Positions 57,059 through 64,000 of a stretch of 64,000 bases of DNA are shown piece by piece. Position numbers and translations under genes: made by a program. Each line of letters opens with the position of its first letter. Positions within the stretch are counted from its first letter, which is position 1. Location: positions 207,655-271,654 of the IMG/VR virus record IMGVR_UViG_3300036944_001324. One strand, given 5' to 3'. The notes beneath the pieces were generated by a model. The model was not told the DNA's origin and made no database searches. It saw only the letters and a program-made list of their open reading frames with translations.

Positions 57059-57077
57059 AAAAATCTCAATGATACAT
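57059..57077 (+). promoter_or_regulatory. putative early promoter AAAAATCTCAATGATACAT
   Basis: 19-bp identity with 58743..58761. Confidence 0.55.
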
Positions 57078-57143
57078 CATGGTGTCGAACATGATCGAAC
57101 TTAGCTGTACATCAACAGATCGTATTCCAGCGTTAACTACTAA
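57078..57143 (+). pseudogene. internally deleted remnant of the 3' end of gene 54791..55459
   Basis: CATGGTGTCGAACATGATCGA... joined to ...TCAACAGATCGTATTCCAGCGTTAACTACTA; about 63 bp deleted between TCAAC microhomologies. Confidence 0.8.
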
Positions 57144-57146
57144 GGC

Positions 57147-57188
57147 GGCATATAAAGCAGGGAGCCCGAAAGCTCCCTGCTTATGTCG
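57147..57188. terminator. bidirectional terminator, copy of 55462 with inverted loop
   Basis: GCAGGGAGC CCGAAA GCTCCCTGC TTATGTC. Confidence 0.85.
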
Positions 57189-57193
57189 CTTAC

Positions 57194-57394
57194 TTAGCGA
57201 GGGTACCAAAAAGACCAAGCAGCCATCGTTTGTTTCAAACAGTGGTTTTGCCAAGACTGAAACATCTTCATATTCCGATGGGTGATGTTGGACAGATCTT
57301 CCATCTCGCTTGTCGTGACGTGTGAGAGGACCTTGGCAGCGTTGAGAATCGAATTCTCAACCATTGCCGTCATCTCATTTTGCATCCATTTCAT
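57194..57394 (-). CDS. 66-aa microprotein downstream of head protein gene
   Basis: conserved with paralog at 55507..55707 (ENSILN.AK..SHV, E.ED, WSFWYPR). Confidence 0.7.
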   Translation of the reverse strand: MKWMQNEMTAMVENSILNAAKVLSHVTTSEMEDLSNITHRNMKMFQSWQNHCLKQTMAAWSFWYPR

Positions 57395-57401
57395 GAATGG
57401 C

Positions 57402-58670
57402 TTACTCGTTGTTTTCCAGGCTCCACTCGTAGTATCCGAGCATGCAGGTAGCTGCCTTGAAGTTCAGATCGAACATGTTTTCGACAGCGTCGATAACTTG
57501 ACCGAGCAGACGGGTGTAAAGTTGTTGAAAACGAATGAAACGAATAGGTGACGTCAGCATGTCCAGTTGGTTGTTGCCTTCGATCTGATTGTAATACTCA
57601 TTCAAGTATTTTGTGAATTCGCGATCCCGACGGTTGTAAAGATCAATAATCTCGTCACCGACCTTCACAAATGCACCGATGGAGCTTTTCATCTCGTTGA
57701 TCGTCAAAGGTGGGAGTGGCTTGATGTCCAGATCTTTGACCTTCCAAACATGAGTATGTTGGATCGTAATGGTCTTCATGATGGCCATCATTTCTTCAGC
57801 AGTGTTGGAAACACCACCGAAGTCAGAGATCACAGTCTCTTCACCGAAGAGTGCCTGAGGGCCAGTCACCGACAACATGCCGCGGTTGAACTTGCTTGGC
57901 GGGAAAGCTTTCGCAATGTCGTCGAAGTTGACTTTACCCTTTTCGCTGTTGAACCAGCTAAAGAGCGAGTAGAGACCCTCGAGGAACTCGCCACAACCCG
58001 TCAGGCTTTCCTGCGTCTGCAGGATATTCTTGTGCATTGCGTTGCCGTCGTGCAGTACGGTCTGGTCGCCCAGCGTCATGTACGCAATACGAATGTTGTT
58101 CGTGTACTGGGCGCCCGCTTTTGGAGCACCACGCGTGGAACCCAGTTGTTTCTGCAGACGCATTGCTTCTTTGCGCCACGTAGTGCGGCGGCGGAAGGCG
58201 TGCTGGGTGTTGACCTTCATGCGTTCCAAGAGATTTTTGGCGCCCTGAACAACACCTTCGCGAGCCATGGTGACCATGCTTTCTTGGGCGTAAGCAATGG
58301 CTTCCTTGGTCACGGCGCCTTGTCCCTTGGAGACAGCCTCCTTGGCGAAGTTCACGCCCGGCTTGATACCGTGGCGAGCGAAGATCGCTTGCAAGTTTTC
58401 CTGGGCAACTGCCAAAGCCACGGGAGTTGCGCCTTCGTCGCCGGTCTTCTTCAGAACGTCAACGATTTTCTGCACAGTCACCATGTCGGCTTCGATGATG
58501 TCGATCTTTTGCTTCGAGTTGTCAACGTTCGGAGCGTGGTGACCTTCCTTGTCCACTTCGCCGAACAGTTCAGCAACATCGACGCCAATGACGTCGGATT
58601 CTGGGCTTTCTGCAGAGGAGATGGTTACAGCGGTTTCCAGACCGAGAGCCCGGCGTGTGAATACTTTCAT
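57402..58670 (-). CDS. phiKZ-like internal head (ejection) protein, paralog 2
   Basis: shares ELFGEVD.EGHHAPNV, AQE.L.AIF, GP.A.FGEETV, TSPI.FIR with paralog 1. Confidence 0.65.
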   Translation of the reverse strand: MKVFTRRALGLETAVTISSAESPESDVIGVDVAELFGEVDKEGHHAPNVDNSKQKIDIIEADMVTVQKIVDVLKKTGDEGATPVALAVAQENLQAIFARHGIKPGVNFAKEAVSKGQGAVTKEAIAYAQESMVTMAREGVVQGAKNLLERMKVNTQHAFRRRTTWRKEAMRLQKQLGSTRGAPKAGAQYTNNIRIAYMTLGDQTVLHDGNAMHKNILQTQESLTGCGEFLEGLYSLFSWFNSEKGKVNFDDIAKAFPPSKFNRGMLSVTGPQALFGEETVISDFGGVSNTAEEMMAIMKTITIQHTHVWKVKDLDIKPLPPLTINEMKSSIGAFVKVGDEIIDLYNRRDREFTKYLNEYYNQIEGNNQLDMLTSPIRFIRFQQLYTRLLGQVIDAVENMFDLNFKAATCMLGYYEWSLENNE

Positions 58671-58800
58671 GATTGATCCTGGTTGAGTTGTTTGGTGCTA
58701 TTTCAGCACAGGATTGGCACCTAATAAAACGGCAATATTGGAAAAAATCTCAATGATACATTATAGTTGAGAGACACACCATCAAAGAAAGGTTGTTACC

Positions 58801-59634
58801 ATGTCTTCTTTTAGCTACTACGTCCACCCCGCAACGCGCGATGAAATCTTCGCGCAGTTCTGTAACGTCAACATTGACCTGCAAGATTGCATGAACACAA
58901 GCAGGAAAGTAATCGACTCCGAACAGTACCTGTACGACTGGGTTCGTAAAACCATTCGTACCCGTGCTGATTATGTAATGCATCGCAATGCATTGCATGG
59001 CGTCCTGGATTACGGCTTGTTCTTGAGCATGCAGATCCCTGGAACCTCACAGGAGAATCATCGCATCCTGAGGTTGTTCGTATCCAGCATGTCAAAGCTG
59101 ATGGACGAACTGGCCAAAGAAAAGGGATTTAACACTCCGCCAGAAGTCACCGCCAAAGAAAAAGCACGTCAGGTGTTTCTTCAGATTGAGAAAATACCAC
59201 ACGGTGTTCTCAAGGCAGCCATGGAAAAGTGTGATATGTCGTACACCGAGTTTCTGCGCTCTGAAATCACGGTCGTTGCTCAGCACGCTGGGTTGACGCT
59301 TCACGAGTTCCTTGGCCCCACAACCGATCACGATACCTCGCCATCAATTGCTTTCATTCGCAAGGTACTCAAGCAATACGAAAGTAACGCTGAGAAAGTA
59401 CTTGGTGAACCGCAGCTGGCGTACGACAGGTACAACCACGTCCTGTTCCTAGTCAATCGCTGCCAAGAGTTCGTTTTCAATCCTTTGATTTTGAATGAAC
59501 TCAAGAAGGCATTGTCGTATATCACAACTGGTTGGCCGACATTTGTACAGGTGGTTCTGTCCTCTGTCGCTGACATGGATGTTCAGCTCGAAGCTGAGCT
59601 GACTGCGTTGCTGACCCCCAAGCCGGTTAAGTAA
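58801..59634 (+). CDS. hypothetical protein
   Basis: 277-aa ORF downstream of promoter motif. Confidence 0.7.
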   Translation: MSSFSYYVHPATRDEIFAQFCNVNIDLQDCMNTSRKVIDSEQYLYDWVRKTIRTRADYVMHRNALHGVLDYGLFLSMQIPGTSQENHRILRLFVSSMSKLMDELAKEKGFNTPPEVTAKEKARQVFLQIEKIPHGVLKAAMEKCDMSYTEFLRSEITVVAQHAGLTLHEFLGPTTDHDTSPSIAFIRKVLKQYESNAEKVLGEPQLAYDRYNHVLFLVNRCQEFVFNPLILNELKKALSYITTGWPTFVQVVLSSVADMDVQLEAELTALLTPKPVK

Positions 59635-59636
59635 TC

Positions 59637-60083
59637 ATGGACATCATTGACGTCGTGCATTTCTACCGAGACAACTATCACTACCGTAGATTACAACCTA
59701 CGAGTGTTTTTTGCTTCGGTAGTAATTTGCTCGGAATCCATGGTGCCGGTAGCGCGCTAGACGCACGCAAGTATTTCGGCGCCAGGTTAGGTTGTGGCGA
59801 AGGCTTTACAGGTCGGTGTTATGCAATACCGACCAAAGCCGATCCCAAAACAATACGAAGCATTCAAGACATTCGGGATAGTGTAGAGCTCTTTAAGAAA
59901 GTAGCCCGCCACCATCCTGAAAAGAACTTCATAGTAACTCCCATTGGTACGGGTCTTAGTGGTTACGATCACCAAGAGATGGCCCAGTTGTTTCTGGACC
60001 TTCCTATCAACTGCGCAGTTACAAGGACGTGGGTGGACTATATCCCCCATGTTGAAAAAACAGACATCACAGACATAGTCTAA
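59637..60083 (+). CDS. macrodomain-like phage protein
   Basis: FCFGSNLLGIHGAGSA (N-x-GxxGxG loop) and VTPIGTGLSG (GxGxxG loop). Confidence 0.65.
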   Translation: MDIIDVVHFYRDNYHYRRLQPTSVFCFGSNLLGIHGAGSALDARKYFGARLGCGEGFTGRCYAIPTKADPKTIRSIQDIRDSVELFKKVARHHPEKNFIVTPIGTGLSGYDHQEMAQLFLDLPINCAVTRTWVDYIPHVEKTDITDIV

Positions 60084-60127
60084 AAACACACAAACCATCA
60101 ACCATTTGATAAACATGAAAGCAAACC

Positions 60128-60550
60128 ATGAACCCATCCCCCTATTTCAAGGAAATCACCGACGCTGATTTCGTCCAAGAAGTCCAAAACGCTGAAGGCA
60201 TTGTGGTGCTGGTCTTCTACCGCGACAACTGCGGTTCTTGCAAGACCTTCCAACCTGTCTTGGAAGAGTTTGCGTCACAGTACCGCGGCCAAGTCAAGTT
60301 CGTTCGTCTGAACACCAACACCGGTGGTACCTACCACTCGCGCCGCCTGGCTGCCGCCGGCGAGCCAGCTACCTTTGTGATGTACAAAGGTAACCAAGAA
60401 GGCTCTTTTGTGGGTGCTGCATTGCCGAAGTACTTCCACCCCATCATGGCCGACATCTTCACGTCTTTGGCAAATCGCTTGGGTATTCCAGCTCCTATGG
60501 CGATCACCGAGCTGTCTACCGCAAATGCAGCAACCGTAACCAGTTCATAA
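60128..60550 (+). CDS. thioredoxin
   Basis: VLVFYRDNCGSCK, VKFVRLN, cis-Pro EPATF. Confidence 0.85.
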   Translation: MNPSPYFKEITDADFVQEVQNAEGIVVLVFYRDNCGSCKTFQPVLEEFASQYRGQVKFVRLNTNTGGTYHSRRLAAAGEPATFVMYKGNQEGSFVGAALPKYFHPIMADIFTSLANRLGIPAPMAITELSTANAATVTSS

Positions 60551-60564
60551 GAACGGTGCGAACG

Positions 60565-60606
60565 ACATAAGAAGCCTGGCCGTAAAGGCCAGGCTTCTAT
60601 GCTGTC
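60565..60606 (+). terminator. hairpin terminator, CATA...TATG class
   Basis: GACATA AGAAGCCTGGCC gtaaa GGCCAGGCTTCT ATGC. Confidence 0.8.
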
Positions 60607-60654
60607 TATCTTTCTTTTTCAATTCTATGTATCATCTTTTTCATAGAAAACAAA

Positions 60655-62700
60655 ATGTTCATCATTGACACCATCAAACGCGCAGTCGGTTACGTTGAAG
60701 TCGAGCAGATCGATCGCCCTGGTAACTATCCGATCATTCGAGTTGTCGGCATCCGTGGCGACTTTCTTGCCAAGGATATTGGTCGCTACTACAGGACCTC
60801 CAAAGTAGCCACAGCTGTATTCGACAAAATAACAAAGAACTCTGTCACGCTCCCGGCATTCTTTGCCTTGGAGTTTGCCAAGTATTTGGAAGACGTGATT
60901 TCGGAACGTAACCACACTTACGTTCCCCGTCGCTCAGCCAAGGCAATACTTGATGGCCTCAAGACAGCCACCTGGCTCAAGAAGACTACAGAAGAAGTTC
61001 CAAGTCGCTTGGACTATTCCAAACTCTCCAATTTTTACTACGAACCAAAACCCTACCAACGTACATGGCTTGAGAAGTTCGAGAAAGTTGGTTACCAGTT
61101 CACGCTCAACGGCTCCATCCTTGATGCTGCCCCCGGCTCTGGTAAAACACTCTCCTCTCTTTTCTTGGTGGAGTGCTCTGATGCTGACGTGGTGATTATC
61201 ATCTCTCCTCAAAATGCTCTTCGACGAGTCTGGGTAAACACCCTTGAGACCGGGATGAAGAAAGCCCCAACTTGGTGGTGTAGCGATAAAGGTGGGGTAC
61301 CAGGTAATGAGAAATACCTGATCTTTCACTATGAAAAGCTGGCTGAGGCAGTTGCCCACCTGACCAAACTCAAAGGCAAGAAGATCGCCATCATTGTTGA
61401 TGAAAGCCATCACTTCAACAACGAGAAGTCTGGACGCACTCAGCTGTTGATCGAGCTGTGTAATAAGTCCGAAAGCAACACGATTGTCCTGCAGTCGGGA
61501 ACTCCTTTCAAAGCAGTCGGTGCCGAGATTGTTCCTGCCTTGTTCTGTATCGACCCCACGTTCAATGACGAATTGGCCGGCCGTTTCCGAAAGATCTACG
61601 CTGCCTCGGCCGACAAAGCTCTTGAGCTACTGATGCATCGGCTTGGGATGATTAGTCACAAGGTGACCAAAGCTGAACTGGGATTACAATCCCCAGTCAT
61701 CACCAACATTGGTGTTACTTTTGATGGTGCTGAAAAGTACACGCTGACGGAAGTAGCTAAAGAGATGAAGAAGTTCATTGAAGAACGCACCTCTTACTAC
61801 AAAGCTCGTCAGAAAGACGACGAGAGCTATTACTTGTCGGTATTGGAGAAACACGAGAAGACACTGCGTGGTCCTCAGATGACCGACTATAAACAGTATT
61901 TGCAGGATGTGAAGATCATTCGTAAGTCTGACCTGCGCAGTATTGGTGAGATCATCCAGCGTGCAAACAGCTACGAAAACCGCGTGATCATCCCTGGCTT
62001 GCAGCAAGGTGAGGTCGCACGCTTCAAGGAAGCCAAGACCATCTACAAATACGTAGTTCTCAAAATCCAAGGTGAATGCCTTGGTCAAGTACTTGGTCGC
62101 AAACGGATGGAGTGCTCCGTAGCTATCTCCAAGAACTTCGATTACGAAAAGTACATCGAATCCACCACCAAGAAAACGTTGATCTACACGATCTACGTAC
62201 AGGCTCTGGAATCAGCAGTGCAGCGCCTGAAGGACATCGAGTACCAGCCTTTGGCGGTCTACGGTGAAACCAACAAGAACTTAGCAAGTATTGTGGAGAT
62301 GTTCGAGAAGAAAGCCGAACTCAATCCATTGGTTGCAACATTCCACTCGTTGTCAACAGCCGTTCCACTCACAATGGCAGATGTAATGGTGATGCTGGAC
62401 GTTCCTTGGCGCGATTACATTTTGCAGCAGACCATCTCTCGTGTATCACGTCTGGGTGCAGATACGCAACCACGTATCTTCATTTGTAACTTGGTCACCG
62501 GAGAAGAACCTAACCTTTCCACAAGGACGGTTGATATTCTTCGCTGGTCACAGCAACAACTGGTTAAGATCACAGGACATGAGTCTCCGTATGCTCTGGA
62601 CGATAAAGCCATCACGGTTGAAGCTTACTCGATGCTCAACAAACCTCTTGATCTCATGACTGATGATCTGGAGTCCCGTTTCTTGGCGCGACTGGCGTAA
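60655..62700 (+). CDS. SF2 (SNF2/DEAD-like) helicase, phiKZ-like
   Basis: Walker A APGSGKT, motif II IVDESH, motif III SGTP, motif VI QTISRVSRLG. Confidence 0.85.
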   Translation: MFIIDTIKRAVGYVEVEQIDRPGNYPIIRVVGIRGDFLAKDIGRYYRTSKVATAVFDKITKNSVTLPAFFALEFAKYLEDVISERNHTYVPRRSAKAILDGLKTATWLKKTTEEVPSRLDYSKLSNFYYEPKPYQRTWLEKFEKVGYQFTLNGSILDAAPGSGKTLSSLFLVECSDADVVIIISPQNALRRVWVNTLETGMKKAPTWWCSDKGGVPGNEKYLIFHYEKLAEAVAHLTKLKGKKIAIIVDESHHFNNEKSGRTQLLIELCNKSESNTIVLQSGTPFKAVGAEIVPALFCIDPTFNDELAGRFRKIYAASADKALELLMHRLGMISHKVTKAELGLQSPVITNIGVTFDGAEKYTLTEVAKEMKKFIEERTSYYKARQKDDESYYLSVLEKHEKTLRGPQMTDYKQYLQDVKIIRKSDLRSIGEIIQRANSYENRVIIPGLQQGEVARFKEAKTIYKYVVLKIQGECLGQVLGRKRMECSVAISKNFDYEKYIESTTKKTLIYTIYVQALESAVQRLKDIEYQPLAVYGETNKNLASIVEMFEKKAELNPLVATFHSLSTAVPLTMADVMVMLDVPWRDYILQQTISRVSRLGADTQPRIFICNLVTGEEPNLSTRTVDILRWSQQQLVKITGHESPYALDDKAITVEAYSMLNKPLDLMTDDLESRFLARLA

Positions 62701-62702
62701 CA

Positions 62703-62746
62703 GCATAGAGACCTACCCGTAACTGGGTAGGTCTCTTATGCCGTCT
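62703..62746 (+). terminator. hairpin terminator, CATA...TATG class
   Basis: GCATA GAGACCTACCC...GGGTAGGTCTC TTATGCCG. Confidence 0.8.
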
Positions 62747-62989
62747 ATTTCTTTTTATGTCTTAAAACCGCTTAAAACAACCTACAAGGCAGCGTTGTCG
62801 ATCATCAGTACCAACCCCGCACCCAGTGACTAAAAACGTCCCTAAAGCCTGTATTTTTGGTCCGCCCAAAACCAAAAGCCACACCACCCCAATCATGTGT
62901 TGTACAGGAGGGGAGCGATATATCTCTCTCCAACCCTGAGCCCAATACCCACCAACTCTACCACCTCATTTAACCGATTATTTCGAGTA

Positions 62990-64000
62990 ATGACTGATTT
63001 CGAAAACCCCGTCAAGACAGTAACCAAACGCAACGGTGAGCGCGAACCCGCAGACGCCATGAAGCTCGTCAAATGGAGCGAATGGGCAGCACGCAAACTC
63101 AACGGCCGTGTTCACTGGCCCACCATCGTTCGCAACGTGCTCATGCAGGCCTACGACGGTATTCCCACCGCCAAACTGCAGAACAACCTGATCAATGAAT
63201 GCCTGCGCCACGGCGACTGGGCACACAACGTGATGGCCGGTGGCCTGTGGGCCCCCACTCTCCAAAAAGAACTCTACGGTGACAAGATCCCGACAGTGCT
63301 GGAACACCATCGCAACTTGCAGCGCAAGGGCCTGATGAAAGTCATGCCTTACACGGACAGCGACTACGCCCTGATTGAAAGCTTTATCGATCACACCCGT
63401 GACTTCGACATGGCTCATTTCCAGATCAAGCAGAACTTTCGCAAGTATGCTATTCGGGACATGGTCACGGATAAGAGCTACGAGACGCCCCAGTTCATCT
63501 TCATGCGCATGGCGATGGAATTCGCCAGCATGGACCCCATCCAAGAACGCCTGACGCACGTCAAGAACTTCTACGAAGAATTCAGCATCAACGCGATCAA
63601 TGCACCGACCCCCAATTACCTGAACGCCGGCACCAAGCTCGACGGTTACGTCTCTTGCTGCCTGTACACGACCAACGACGACATTCCCTCCCTGTCAGTC
63701 GGTGACCACATCGCTTACCGCATGACGGCCATCGGCGCCGGCATTGGTGCGTTCATTCGCTCGCGCGGTCTGGGTGAAGGCGTACGTGGTGGCGCTATTC
63801 AGCACAACGGCAAGACACCGTATTTCGATTCCCAAGCAGGTGCAGTCAAAGCGAACATGCAGTCCGTTCGTGCAGGCGCCTGCACGTCTTACTACAACAT
63901 CTTCGACGTCGAAGCATCGGCCATCGCCCAGCTGCAAGATCCACGGGCTCCAGAAGACAAGCGCAACCGCAAGATCCACTTCGCGGTGAGCTATCATGGC
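62990..64000 (+). CDS. nrdA: ribonucleotide reductase class Ia alpha subunit, 5' part (truncated by window end; absent from ORF track)
   Basis: manual translation: ATP-cone start VTKRNGEREP, YETPQFIFMRMA, APTPNYLNAGT, VSCCL, GAGIG, RAGACTSYY. Confidence 0.92.
   Translation, partial: MTDFENPVKTVTKRNGEREPADAMKLVKWSEWAARKLNGRVHWPTIVRNVLMQAYDGIPTAKLQNNLINECLRHGDWAHNVMAGGLWAPTLQKELYGDKIPTVLEHHRNLQRKGLMKVMPYTDSDYALIESFIDHTRDFDMAHFQIKQNFRKYAIRDMVTDKSYETPQFIFMRMAMEFASMDPIQERLTHVKNFYEEFSINAINAPTPNYLNAGTKLDGYVSCCLYTTNDDIPSLSVGDHIAYRMTAIGAGIGAFIRSRGLGEGVRGGAIQHNGKTPYFDSQAGAVKANMQSVRAGACTSYYNIFDVEASAIAQLQDPRAPEDKRNRKIHFAVSYHG

Noticed and set aside
57567-58676. Long opposite-strand ORFs (e.g. 57567..58676 +, 4884..5795 -, 34563..35378 -, 62978..63559 -)
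   Set aside because: Antisense shadows of well-supported genes, with no RBS or motifs.
2-64000. Amber (TAG) stop-codon reassignment, prompted by the in-frame TAG at 55687-55689
   Set aside because: Many clear genes end in TAG directly before a terminator or the next gene (4340, 7345, 7978, 11827, 45974, 51742, 52951, 55459), and the duplicated remnant has TAA at the 55459-equivalent codon. The standard code fits.

Overview
A 64-kb, roughly 50% GC stretch of a jumbo phage genome of phiKZ-like (Chimalliviridae-like) type. This assignment comes from motif recognition, not a database search. About 90 densely packed genes, nearly all on the + strand, are mostly small hypothetical early-type proteins in expanded paralog families. 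Recognisable genes: AAA ATPase, NAD-dependent DNA ligase (ligA), a divergent tail-fibre/adhesin locus (24.6-32.0 kb) ending in a GT60/GlcNAc-transferase-like gene, HD (alarmone-hydrolase-like), DHH/DHHA1, MazG-like, HAD, NADAR-like, macrodomain-like and DUF4326 proteins, two paralogous internal-head-like proteins, thioredoxin, an SF2 helicase and the 5' part of nrdA (runs off the window and is missing from the ORF track). Non-coding highlights: about 20 hairpins bracketed by CATA...TATG, a 71-bp terminator+promoter direct repeat flanking a 3-gene cassette, a 750-bp multi-hairpin ORF-free region where GC skew appears to flip, and a 1.7-kb tandem duplication carrying a gene remnant, a flipped terminator loop and an amber-interrupted microgene. 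Best leads: a stand-alone paralog of a major-capsid domain, a virion-fibre glycosylation module and an ADP-ribose/alarmone-reversal toolkit. No tRNA, CRISPR array, intron or intein was recognised.
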